From Rhodospirillales bacterium (GTDB taxonomy: Bacteria; Pseudomonadota; Alphaproteobacteria; Kiloniellales; JAKSDN01), in contig CBDDCC010000015.1 of NCBI GenBank assembly GCA_965225935.1, forward strand, positions 85,521 through 149,520: DNA of 64,000 bases, read 5' to 3'. This document shows positions 50,761-59,893 of the stretch, piece after piece (positions within the stretch are counted from its first letter, which is position 1; each line of letters begins with the position of its first letter). The notes beneath the pieces were generated by a model. That model worked only from the letters and a program-made list of their open reading frames with translations. It was not told the origin of the DNA and ran no database searches. A program made the translations under genes and the position numbers.

Positions 50761-52320
50761 ATGCCGGCGCCGGACAAGACCTACTACCTGACCACGCCCA
50801 TCTACTACGTGAACGACGTGCCCCACATCGGGCACGCCTACACCACGCTCGCCTGCGACGCCCTCGCGCGCTTCAAGCGCCTCGACGGCTACCGGGTGCA
50901 CTTCCTCACGGGCACCGACGACCACGGCCAGAAGGTGGAGAAGTCGGCCCAGGCCGCCGGCATGGACCCCCAGGCCTTCACCGACCAGGTCTCGGGCAAC
51001 TTCCGCCGCCTGGCCGAGGCCATGAACTGCTCCATCGACGACTACATCCGTACCACGGAGGCGCGCCACAAGCGCTCCTGCCAGGCCCTCTGGCAAAAGC
51101 TGATGGAGGCGGGCGAGATCTATCTCGGCAGCTACGCCGGCTGGTACGCGGTGCGCGACGAGGCCTTCTACACCGAGAGCGAGCTGACCAAGCAGCCCGA
51201 CGGCACCTTCATCGCGCCCTCGGGCGCGCCCGTCGAGTGGGTCGAGGAGCCCTCCTACTTCTTCCGCCTCTCGGCCTGGGGCGACCGCCTGCTGGAGCTC
51301 TACGAGAGCCAGCCCGACTTCATCCTGCCGGAGACCCGGCGCAACGAGGTCGTCTCCTTCGTCAAGTCGGGCCTGCGCGACCTCTCGGTCAGCCGCACCA
51401 CCTTCCGCTGGGGCGTGCCGGTGCCGGGCGACGACGATCACATCATGTACGTCTGGCTCGACGCGCTCACCAACTACATCACCGCGGTCGGCTTTCCGGA
51501 CGAGGAGAGCGAGAGCTTCACCACCTTCTGGCCGGCGGACCTGCACATGGTCGGCAAGGACATCTTGCGCTTCCACGCGGTCTACTGGCCCGCCTTCCTC
51601 ATGGCCGCAGGCGTCGCGCCGCCCAAGCGGGTCTTCGCCCACGGCTGGTGGACCAGTGAGGGCCAGAAGATCTCCAAGTCGCTGGGCAACGTCATCGACC
51701 CCTTCCAGATCGTCGAACGCTACGGCCTCGACCAGGTGCGCTACTTCGTGCTGCGCGAGGTGCCCTTCGGCAACGACGGCGACTTCTCGCACCGGGCGCT
51801 TGTCGGCCGCATGAACAACGATCTCGCCAACGACTTCGGCAACCTGGCCCAACGGGTGCTCTCCATGGTGGCCAAGAACTGCGACGGCGAGGTGCCTGAG
51901 CCCGGCGCCTTCGAGCCGGCCGACGAGGCGCTGCTGGGCTCAGCCCGTGGATTGCTGGCGCGTCTCCGCGAGGCCTATGACGTGCAGGCCTTCCACCGGG
52001 CCCTCGAGGCCACCTGGGAGGTGGTGGGCGCCGCCAACCGCTACGTGGACGAGCAGGCGCCCTGGGCCCTGCGCAAGTCCGACCCGGCGCGCATGGGAAC
52101 CGTCCTCTACGTGGTGCTGGAGACCGTGCGGCACCTGGCGATCCTCACCCAGCCGGTCATGCCGGACGCCATGGCCCGCCTGCTGGAGCAGCTCGGCCAG
52201 CCGGAAGATAGACGCGATTTCAGCGCCTTGGGGGACGCCTTGAAAGCCGGAATGAAACTCCCGAAGCCCCAGGGCGTGTTCCCGCGCTACCAGGACGAGG
52301 CGGCGGAGGCCCAGGCCTGA
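50761..52320 (+). CDS. metG: methionyl-tRNA synthetase
   Basis: Trimmed to ATG 50761; 519 aa. HIGH motif PHIGHAYT and KMSKS motif KISKSLGN. Confidence 0.95.
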   Translation: MPAPDKTYYLTTPIYYVNDVPHIGHAYTTLACDALARFKRLDGYRVHFLTGTDDHGQKVEKSAQAAGMDPQAFTDQVSGNFRRLAEAMNCSIDDYIRTTEARHKRSCQALWQKLMEAGEIYLGSYAGWYAVRDEAFYTESELTKQPDGTFIAPSGAPVEWVEEPSYFFRLSAWGDRLLELYESQPDFILPETRRNEVVSFVKSGLRDLSVSRTTFRWGVPVPGDDDHIMYVWLDALTNYITAVGFPDEESESFTTFWPADLHMVGKDILRFHAVYWPAFLMAAGVAPPKRVFAHGWWTSEGQKISKSLGNVIDPFQIVERYGLDQVRYFVLREVPFGNDGDFSHRALVGRMNNDLANDFGNLAQRVLSMVAKNCDGEVPEPGAFEPADEALLGSARGLLARLREAYDVQAFHRALEATWEVVGAANRYVDEQAPWALRKSDPARMGTVLYVVLETVRHLAILTQPVMPDAMARLLEQLGQPEDRRDFSALGDALKAGMKLPKPQGVFPRYQDEAAEAQA

Positions 52321-52339
52321 ACGGGCCAAGAGCAGGGCG

Positions 52340-53134
52340 ATGCTGGTCGATTCCCACTGCCACCTGGACTACCTGGAGGACGAGGAGGCGCTCGACGCCG
52401 TGGTGGCCCGGGCGCGGGCCGCCGGCGTGGGGACGCTCGTCACCATCTGCACCCGGCTTTCGGAGTTCGAGCGGGTCGCCGGCATCGCCCGGCGCTTCGA
52501 GGACGTCTACTGCACCGTCGGCGTCCATCCCCACGACGCGGGCGAGGAGGGGCAGGAGACGCCCGAGCGCCTGATCGCGCTGGCGGCCGGCGACAAGGTG
52601 GTGGGCATCGGCGAGACCGGACTCGACTACTACTACGACAACAGCCCACGCGAGGCCCAGCGGCGCTCCTTCCGCGCCCACATCGCGGCGGCGCGGGAGA
52701 CCGGCTTGCCGCTCGTCGTGCACAGCCGAGACGCCGAGGCGGACACGGCGCGTCTCCTGGAGGAGGGGGCGCGCGAGGGGGCCTTCCCCGGCGTCATCCA
52801 CTGCTTCACCGCGGGCCCGGCGCTCGCCGAGGCGGCCCTTGCCCAGGGGCTCTACATCTCCCTCTCGGGCGTCGTCACCTTCAAGAAGGCTGAAGAGCTG
52901 CGCCAGGTCGCCCGGAGCCTGCCGCTGGAGCGCATACTGGTGGAGACGGACTCGCCCTATCTCGCGCCCGTGCCCAAGCGCGGCAAGAGGAACGAGCCGG
53001 CCTACGTGGTGCACACGGCGGCTTATCTCGCCGAGCTCCTGGGCCTTTCGTCCGAGGAGCTGGCGCGCGTCACGACGCAAAACTTCTTCCGCCTCTTCGC
53101 CAAGGCCGCGCCCAGCGCCCCCTCGGCCGGTTGA
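52340..53134 (+). CDS. tatD: TatD-family metal-dependent hydrolase
   Basis: MLVDSHCHLD, GETGLDYYY, VVHSRDA, and ETDSPYLAPVP blocks. Confidence 0.9.
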   Translation: MLVDSHCHLDYLEDEEALDAVVARARAAGVGTLVTICTRLSEFERVAGIARRFEDVYCTVGVHPHDAGEEGQETPERLIALAAGDKVVGIGETGLDYYYDNSPREAQRRSFRAHIAAARETGLPLVVHSRDAEADTARLLEEGAREGAFPGVIHCFTAGPALAEAALAQGLYISLSGVVTFKKAEELRQVARSLPLERILVETDSPYLAPVPKRGKRNEPAYVVHTAAYLAELLGLSSEELARVTTQNFFRLFAKAAPSAPSAG

Positions 53135-53159
53135 GCGGTCGGGCCGGTTTGCGAGCGCC

Positions 53160-53942
53160 ATGAAGGTCACGATCCTCGGCTGCGGCGGCTCCGGCGGCGT
53201 GCCCATCGCCGGCCGCGCGCCCGGCGGCTTCTGGGGCGACTGCGATCCGGCGAACCCGAAGAACCGGCGGCGGCGGGTCTCGATCCTGGTGGAGGAGGGT
53301 GCGACCAGGGTCCTGGTAGACGCCTCGCCCGACCTGCGCCTGCAGATGCTCGACCACGACATCGTCCATCTCGACGCGGTGCTCTTCACCCACGCCCACG
53401 GCGACCACTGCCACGGCATCGACGAGTTCCGCAACATGGCCTACGCGCGCGGCGCGCCGATCCCGGCCTACATGGACGAGACGACCCGCGCGCTGGTGAC
53501 CCGGCGCTTCGAGTACGCCTTCGTCTCCAGCCACGACAAGGAGAGCCTCTACCGGCCGCTGCTGGACGACCGCACCATCGAAGGCCCGTTCCAGGTGGGC
53601 GAACTCGCGGTCACGCCCTTCGTCCAGGGCCACGGCCCCGAGACCACCCTCGGCTACCGCTTCGGGCCCTTCGCCTATTCGACCGACCTGGTGAGCCTGG
53701 ACGCGGCGGCCTTCGCCGCGCTGGAGGGCATCAAGGTCTGGATCGTCGACTGCCTCAGGTTCGAGCCCCATCCGACCCACGCCCATTTCGACCTGGTGAT
53801 GGATTGGGTCGCTCGCCTCGGCCCCGAGCGCACGGTACTCACCCACATGAACCACCAGGTCGACTACGACGTCATCGCCGCCCGCTGCCCGCCAGGCGTC
53901 GAGCCGGCCTACGACGGAATGGTGCTCGAGGTTCCGGCGTGA
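53160..53942 (+). CDS. MBL-fold metallo-hydrolase (PhnP/GPP-like)
   Basis: Track ORF 52839-53942 trimmed to ATG 53160; 260 aa. MKVTILGCGGSGGVP and HxHxDH motif FTHAHGDHCHG. Confidence 0.8.
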   Translation: MKVTILGCGGSGGVPIAGRAPGGFWGDCDPANPKNRRRRVSILVEEGATRVLVDASPDLRLQMLDHDIVHLDAVLFTHAHGDHCHGIDEFRNMAYARGAPIPAYMDETTRALVTRRFEYAFVSSHDKESLYRPLLDDRTIEGPFQVGELAVTPFVQGHGPETTLGYRFGPFAYSTDLVSLDAAAFAALEGIKVWIVDCLRFEPHPTHAHFDLVMDWVARLGPERTVLTHMNHQVDYDVIAARCPPGVEPAYDGMVLEVPA

Positions 53943-54331
53943 GGCGCCGCCGTCCGGCGGTCGCTGTAAGTCGGGACGGCGGAGGTGGCGTCGGGTGCCT
54001 GAACTCTCGCGAAAGCCGAAGGGATCCGCGCCAAACCGAGGTCTGCCCCGAGCACACTATAATTTTCCATAATATACATTATGCGCAAAACACAGGGCGC
54101 GCAGGGAAGCCGCCAGATCAGCGATTTTTCACGCCTTATCATATGCTTGCCGCCCCTTCCTGAAGCGAATGACGGTAGACACTTATTCCTCCCGACGATC
54201 ATTCCGGGCGCACCGCCCGCGCCGACCCAGTCAACTTCTTGCCTCGCGCCGATCGAACGCCCGTGAATGTGACCATGCCTTTTGCCATGCTGCCCAGACG
54301 CGCAAACCCACCACGGCCCGACACAAGACAG

Positions 54332-55273
54332 ATGACAAGACGGCTCCTGATCATAGGCGGAACAGGTTTCGTCGGCTCCGCACTGATTCCCGCCCTCCTC
54401 GCGGACGGGCACGAGGTTGCTTTGCTGAATCGCGGCAGTCGCCTGGTGGCCGGCACCCGGCAGATCTGCGTCGACCGCAACGACGCGGAGAGGATGCAGC
54501 AGCAAGCGGAGGAGTTCGATGCCGTCATCGACACCTGCGCCTACACCGGCCAACAGAGCGAGATCGCCTACCGGGTCTTCGGACCAGGCGCTGGTATGTG
54601 GATCCATCTCGGCAGCGCCGCTGTCTACCGCTCCGAGCCGGGACACCTGCCGAACGAGGACGATAAAATCGGCGGCGCGGAGGTTTGGGGAGACTACGGG
54701 CGGGAAAAATCTGACGCTGATCGGTTCTTGCTCGATCAGGCGACGATACCGACAGTGATCCTTCGCCCGCCCTATCTCTACGGTCCCGGGAACGACATCG
54801 ACAGAGAGACCTTCGTCTGGGCGCGGGTGCTGAGTGGCCGGCCGATCATTGTTCCTGGCGACGGAAGCGCGCGCCTCCAGTTCCTGCACGTCTCCGATCT
54901 GGCGGATGTAATCGGTCGTTTCCTCTCGCACGGCGGGACGTTGACCGGCGTCTACAACGTTGCTGCCCCCGAACTGGCGAGCGCGGAAGGCTGGGTCCGC
55001 ATGCTCGCTGAGCTGGCCGGACAGGACGCGATATTGATTTCCGGCCGACGCTACGGCGGCCGATTTGCGGCGCGTGACTATTTCCCGTTCAGGGATCACG
55101 ACTGCGCCGTCGACACAAGAAAAGTGAGGGCGGCACTCGCCTGGGAACCGCAGTTCACGCAGCGCGATGGCTTCGCCCAGACTCTTGCAAGTTACGACCG
55201 GCAATCTCTCGCCAGGATGTCACCGACCTCCGAAGCTGAAGCACAGATTGTCGCGCGTGCGGTGCTCCGCTGA
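54332..55273 (+). CDS. NAD-dependent epimerase/dehydratase family protein
   Basis: Trimmed to ATG 54332; 313 aa. Rossmann motif LIIGGTGFVGSAL. YxxxK-like YGREK. Codon usage is visibly poorer in G/C3, with AGA, ATA, AAA and AGG codons. Confidence 0.8.
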   Translation: MTRRLLIIGGTGFVGSALIPALLADGHEVALLNRGSRLVAGTRQICVDRNDAERMQQQAEEFDAVIDTCAYTGQQSEIAYRVFGPGAGMWIHLGSAAVYRSEPGHLPNEDDKIGGAEVWGDYGREKSDADRFLLDQATIPTVILRPPYLYGPGNDIDRETFVWARVLSGRPIIVPGDGSARLQFLHVSDLADVIGRFLSHGGTLTGVYNVAAPELASAEGWVRMLAELAGQDAILISGRRYGGRFAARDYFPFRDHDCAVDTRKVRAALAWEPQFTQRDGFAQTLASYDRQSLARMSPTSEAEAQIVARAVLR

Positions 55274-55326
55274 CCAGGGGCGCAGTCTTTCCCGAGCGCG
55301 GTCTCGCCTGTAAGCTCGCCGCCGTC

Positions 55327-56169
55327 ATGAGCGCGCCTCCCAAGTCCGCCCGCAAAGCCGTGCCCGAGACCGCCGCCAGGTCCGCCAACCTGGAGCGGCT
55401 GCTGGAGGTCATGGCGCGACTCCGGAGTCCCGACGGCGGCTGCCCCTGGGACCTGGAGCAGAGCTTCCGCACCATCGCCCCCTACACCATCGAGGAAGCC
55501 TACGAGGTGGCCGAGGCGATCGAGCGCGACGACATGGCGGCCCTCGAGGACGAGCTGGGCGACCTGCTGTTCCAGGTGGTGTTCCACGCCCGCATGGCCG
55601 AGGAAGCCGGCGCCTTCGGCTTCGACGACGTGGCCCGCGGCATCGTCGACAAGATGCTGCGCCGCCATCCGCACGTCTTCGCCGACAAGGAGATCGCCGA
55701 CGCCGAGGCCCAGACCCGCCACTGGGAGGACCTAAAGGCGGCCGAGCGCGCCGGCGCGGCCGCATCGAGCGACGCCGCGGCCAGCGCCCTCGACGGCGTG
55801 GCGCTCGGCCTGCCGGCGCTGCTGCGCGCCTTGAAGCTGCAGAAGCGCGCCGCGCGGGTCGGCTTCGACTGGCCGGAGGTCGCCCAGGTGCTCGACAAGA
55901 TCGACGAGGAAGTGGCCGAGCTGAAAGCGGAGCTGGCGGAAGGTGCGCCGCCGGCGCGCCTCGAGGACGAGATCGGCGACCTGTTGTTCGTGCTGGTGAA
56001 CCTGGCCCGGCACCTGGAGGTCGACCCGGAGGGCGCGCTGCGCCACGCCAACCAGAAGTTCGAGCGCCGCTTCCAGGCCGTGGAGCGCGCCTTCGATCAT
56101 GACCTCGCGGGCGTCTCCCTGGAGGCCATGGAGGCTGCCTGGCAAGCCGCCAAAGCAGATGGGAAATAG
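55327..56169 (+). CDS. mazG: nucleoside triphosphate pyrophosphohydrolase MazG
   Basis: Tandem MazG domains. EEAYEVAEAIE...ELGDLLFQVVFHARMAEE and EEVAELKAEL...EIGDLLFVLVNLAR. Confidence 0.9.
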   Translation: MSAPPKSARKAVPETAARSANLERLLEVMARLRSPDGGCPWDLEQSFRTIAPYTIEEAYEVAEAIERDDMAALEDELGDLLFQVVFHARMAEEAGAFGFDDVARGIVDKMLRRHPHVFADKEIADAEAQTRHWEDLKAAERAGAAASSDAAASALDGVALGLPALLRALKLQKRAARVGFDWPEVAQVLDKIDEEVAELKAELAEGAPPARLEDEIGDLLFVLVNLARHLEVDPEGALRHANQKFERRFQAVERAFDHDLAGVSLEAMEAAWQAAKADGK

Positions 56170-56213
56170 CCCATAAACCTATTGAGGCAAGACGCTTTTC
56201 CTGGGGGGACTCG

Positions 56214-57641
56214 ATGAGCGATCAGGACCTCTGCTATCTCTCCGCGGTCGACGCGGTCGCGGCCTTCAAGGCCCGCAAGCTCTCGCCGGTCGAGCTGATG
56301 ACGGCCCTGATCGCCCGGGCCGAGGCCGCGGAGCCCAGCATCAACGCCTTCCCCATGACCTATTTCGAACGCGCCCTGGAGCAGGCCAAGGCGGCGGAGG
56401 CGCGCTACATGAAGAGCGACGGGCGCCTGCGTCCGCTGGAGGGCATCGCCGTCGCCATCAAGGACGAGACGGCGGTGAAAGGCGAGATCACCACCTACGG
56501 CTCGCTGATCCACAAGGACCACCGGGACGAGGCGGATGCCTTCATCGTCGAGCGCCTGAAGCGCGCCGGCGCCATCTTCCACGCCCGCTCGGCGGCGCCC
56601 GAGTTCTCCTGCGTGCCCTTCACCCGCTCGCGGCTCTGGGGCGTGACCCGCAATCCCTGGAACCCGGACTATACGCCCGGCGGCTCCTCGGGCGGCGCCG
56701 CGGCCGCGCTCGCCGCCGGCACGACGACGCTGGCCAACGGCTCTGACATCGGCGGCTCGATCCGCATCCCGGCGTCGGCCTGCGGCGTGGTCGGCTTCAA
56801 GCCGCCCTACGGCCGCGTGCCCCAGGCCGAGGCCTTCGCCTTCGACTACTACTGCCACGAAGGCCCCCTCGCCCGCACGGTCGCCGACTGCCGCCTGTTC
56901 GAAAACCTGATCGCCGGCCCCCACCCCAAGGACATCGTCAGCCTCAAGCCCAGGCTGCGCATCCCCGAGCAGCTGGACGGCATCAAGGGCTGGAAGGTCG
57001 CCTACTCCATGGACCTGGGCTACTTCGAGGTGGACCCGGAGGTGCGCAAGAACACGGAAGCGGCGCTGCAGGTCTTCCGGGATCTGGGCGCGACGGTCGA
57101 GGAGGTGGACCTGGGCTGGACGCTTGCCTGTCAGTCGGCGGCTCTCAATCACCTGGGCGCCGTCTTCGGCGCCTACATCAAGAAGGCGCTGCGCTACAAC
57201 CGCTATGAGATGACCGACTACGCCCGCGGCTTCGCCGAGTTCGCCCAGACCATCACCACCGAGGATTTCCTCGCCTCCATGAGCGTGGCGGCCGAGATGT
57301 ACGCGACCCTGGGCCCCCTGCTCCAGCGCCACCACGTTCTGATCTGCCCGACCCTCGCCGTGCCCGCCGTCGCCGCCGACCACACCGCCCGCGAGCGGAA
57401 CTTCGAGATCAACGGCGTGCCGGTCGACCCCTACCTGGGCTGGTGCATGACCTACCCCTTCAACACCATGAGCCGCTGCCCGGTGATGAGCCTGCCCAGC
57501 GGCTTCGCCGCCAATGGCGTGCCGACGGGCATCCAGATCGTCGGCCGCACCTACGACGACGTCGGCGTCTTCCGCGCCTCGGCCGCCTACGAAGCCGCCG
57601 CCCCGGTGCTCGACTGGGCCAGCACGCGCCCGAAGCTGTGA
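56214..57641 (+). CDS. amidase (amidase-signature family)
   Basis: 475 aa. AS signature GGSSGGAAAALAAGTTTLANGSDIGGSIRIPAS and catalytic Lys context IAVAIKDE. Confidence 0.9.
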   Translation: MSDQDLCYLSAVDAVAAFKARKLSPVELMTALIARAEAAEPSINAFPMTYFERALEQAKAAEARYMKSDGRLRPLEGIAVAIKDETAVKGEITTYGSLIHKDHRDEADAFIVERLKRAGAIFHARSAAPEFSCVPFTRSRLWGVTRNPWNPDYTPGGSSGGAAAALAAGTTTLANGSDIGGSIRIPASACGVVGFKPPYGRVPQAEAFAFDYYCHEGPLARTVADCRLFENLIAGPHPKDIVSLKPRLRIPEQLDGIKGWKVAYSMDLGYFEVDPEVRKNTEAALQVFRDLGATVEEVDLGWTLACQSAALNHLGAVFGAYIKKALRYNRYEMTDYARGFAEFAQTITTEDFLASMSVAAEMYATLGPLLQRHHVLICPTLAVPAVAADHTARERNFEINGVPVDPYLGWCMTYPFNTMSRCPVMSLPSGFAANGVPTGIQIVGRTYDDVGVFRASAAYEAAAPVLDWASTRPKL

Positions 57642-57653
57642 GCCAGGGGTTCG

Positions 57654-57737
57654 CCACAGAGGCACAGAGACACAGAGAAACACAGTAAAATCAAAGTATT
57701 ATTCTTATCTTCTCTCTGTGTCTCTGAGACTCTGTGG
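57654..57737. repeat. 27-bp imperfect inverted repeat (CACAGAG-rich arms) around a 30-nt AT-rich spacer
   Basis: The left arm CCACAGAGGCACAGAGACACAGAGAAA (57654-57680) pairs with the right arm TCTCTCTGTGTCTCTGAGACTCTGTGG (57711-57737) at 24 of 27 positions. Starts 13 nt after the amidase stop. No U-tract. Confidence 0.85.
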
Positions 57738-57749
57738 TCAAATATTTGA
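57738..57749. promoter_or_regulatory. perfect 12-bp palindrome TCAAATATTTGA
   Basis: Immediately abuts the inverted repeat and lies about 190 nt upstream of xsc. Confidence 0.3.
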
Positions 57750-57798
57750 TCTTGCTTTAGCTATCCACAAGTGGACGAGGCATCGGCCGGGCTATTGC

Positions 57799-57851
57799 CT
57801 GGACCTACAGCGATCCCTGATCTGGCTCTTACTGGCCCCTGCTGGCCCTGC
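57799..57851 (+). promoter_or_regulatory. phased CTGG-N6 direct repeats upstream of xsc (candidate MocR/TauR-type operator)
   Basis: CTGGACCTAC at 57799. Then CTGGCTCTTA (57822), CTGGCCCCTG (57832) and CTGGCCCTGC (57842) at an exact 10-bp phase, about 100 nt upstream of the xsc ATG. Confidence 0.4.
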
Positions 57852-57940
57852 GACAATCCGGCCACTCCAAGGGAGCCGGGCGGCCGGAGGGGCCGCGCCT
57901 GGCGCTTGGTCTCCGCACAGCCTTGCGAGGGGAGGATGTC

Positions 57941-59692
57941 ATGACCCGGATGACGCCGAGTGAAGCCTTTGTCGAAACCCTGGTCGCCCAGGGCGTGACC
58001 GACGTGTTCGGTATCGTGGGCTCCGCCTACATGGACGCCCTGGACATCTTCCCGGCGGCGGGCATCCGCTTCATCCCGACGGTGCACGAGCAGGGCTCGG
58101 CCCACATGGCCGACGGCTATTCGCGCGTCAGCGGGCGCCACGGCGTCTGCATCGGACAGAACGGCCCCGGCATCACCAACTTCGTGACCGCCATCGCGGC
58201 GGCCTACTGGGCCCACTCACCCGTGGTCGCCATCACGCCCGAGACGGGCTCGGGCACCATCGGTCTCGGCGGCTTCCAGGAGACCGACCAGCTGCCCATC
58301 TTCTCCAAGATCACCAAGTACCAGGGCCACGTCACCGGGCCCCAACGCCTGGCGGAGTTCACGGCGCGCTGCTTCGACATGGCCATGTCCGAGCGCGGTC
58401 CGACCCAGCTCAACATCCCGCGCGACCACTTCTATGGCGAGGTCGACGTGGAGATCGCGAAGCCCAAGACCATCGAGCGCGGCGCCGGCGGCGAGAACAG
58501 CCTGGAGGAGGCGGCCCAGCTGCTGGCCGAGGCCAAGTTCCCGGTCATCGTCTCGGGCGGCGGTGTCATCTTCTCGGACGGCGTCGACCAGTGCGTGGCC
58601 CTCGCCGAGCACCTGAACGCGCCGGTCGTCAACAGCTATCTGCACAACGATTCCTTCCCGGCCAACCACCCGCTCTGGTGCGGGCCGCTCGGCTACCAGG
58701 GCTCCAAGGCCGGCATGAAGCTGATCGCCCAGGCCGACGTGGTGCTGGCGCTGGGCACCCGCCTCGGCCCCTTCGGCACCCTGCCCCAGCACGGCCTCGG
58801 CTACTGGCCGAAGACGGCCAAGATCATCCAGGTCGACAGCGACCACCGCATGCTGGGCCTGGTGAAGCAGATCTCCGTCGGCATCTGCGGCGACGCCAAG
58901 GCGGCGGCGGCGCGGCTCCACGACCTCCTCGGCAACCGGGTCATGGCCTGCCGCGACAACGCTGCCGAGCGTCTCGCCGAGATCAAGGCCCAGAAGGATG
59001 AGTGGGAGGCCGAGCTCGACTCTTGGTCCCACGAGAAGGACGACTGGAGCCTCGAGGTCTCCAAGGAGAGCGACTACATGCACCCGCGCCAGATGCTGCG
59101 GGAACTGGAGAAGGCGCTGCCCGGGAACGCCATGGTCAGCACCGACATCGGCAACATCTGCTCGGTCTCCAACAGCTATCTGCGCTTCGACAAGCCCAAC
59201 AGCTTCTTCGCCGCCATGAGCTTCGGCAACTGCGGCTACGCCTTCCCCACCGTCATCGGCGCCAAGGTGGCCGCGCCCGACCGGCCGGCGGTGGCCTACG
59301 TGGGCGACGGCGCCTGGGGCATGAGCTTCGGCGAGATCCTGACCTGCGTGCGCGAGGACATCCCGGTGACCGCCGTGGTCTTCCACAACAAGCAGTGGGG
59401 GGCGGAGAAGAAGAACCAGGTGGACTTCTACGGCACCCGCTTCCTGGGGGTGAACCTGGACAACCCCAGCTTCGCCGAGATCGCCCGCGCCATGGGCGCC
59501 AAAGGCGTCACCGTCGACAAGCTGGGCGACGTGGGCGAGGCGCTGGAGAAGGCCTGCGACGCCCAGAAGCAGGGCAAGACCACGGTACTCGAGGTCATGT
59601 GCACCCGCGAACTGGGCGACCCCTTCCGCCGCGACGCCCTCTCGAAGCCCGTGCGCCTCCTGGAGAAGTACAAGGACTACGTGACCGCGTGA
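57941..59692 (+). CDS. xsc: sulfoacetaldehyde acetyltransferase (TPP-dependent)
   Basis: Trimmed to ATG 57941 (GGAGGA 5 nt upstream); 583 aa. ThDP-enzyme fold. Blocks I associate with Xsc: IQVDSDHRMLGLVKQISVGICGDAK, STDIGNICSVSNSYLRF, YVGDGAWGMSF, FHNKQWGAEKKNQV, ELGDPFRRDALSKPV. Confidence 0.8.
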   Translation: MTRMTPSEAFVETLVAQGVTDVFGIVGSAYMDALDIFPAAGIRFIPTVHEQGSAHMADGYSRVSGRHGVCIGQNGPGITNFVTAIAAAYWAHSPVVAITPETGSGTIGLGGFQETDQLPIFSKITKYQGHVTGPQRLAEFTARCFDMAMSERGPTQLNIPRDHFYGEVDVEIAKPKTIERGAGGENSLEEAAQLLAEAKFPVIVSGGGVIFSDGVDQCVALAEHLNAPVVNSYLHNDSFPANHPLWCGPLGYQGSKAGMKLIAQADVVLALGTRLGPFGTLPQHGLGYWPKTAKIIQVDSDHRMLGLVKQISVGICGDAKAAAARLHDLLGNRVMACRDNAAERLAEIKAQKDEWEAELDSWSHEKDDWSLEVSKESDYMHPRQMLRELEKALPGNAMVSTDIGNICSVSNSYLRFDKPNSFFAAMSFGNCGYAFPTVIGAKVAAPDRPAVAYVGDGAWGMSFGEILTCVREDIPVTAVVFHNKQWGAEKKNQVDFYGTRFLGVNLDNPSFAEIARAMGAKGVTVDKLGDVGEALEKACDAQKQGKTTVLEVMCTRELGDPFRRDALSKPVRLLEKYKDYVTA

Positions 59693-59893
59693 CGGAAGCG
59701 CGAGAGGCGGCGGAGCCCGTGGCGCCGTGGTGGCCAGCGCGCACTGCGCCTCTCCCACACTAAAGAGCCTTCGGCAGCGACCTACCGCGCGTCGCAAAGT
59801 CGGGCGCGCAAGGTTGTAGCGGTCGCGAGGCGGTAGTCTGGCCCGCGCGCTGATGGCTTGACGGCCTGGGCGCGGATTGCAGAGTCCTAGGCC

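Noticed and set aside
53909-55204. 431-aa minus-strand ORF
   Set aside because: It is antisense to the epimerase gene and runs through the AT-rich spacer. It has no recognisable domain, whereas the plus frame has a Rossmann GxxGxxG motif.
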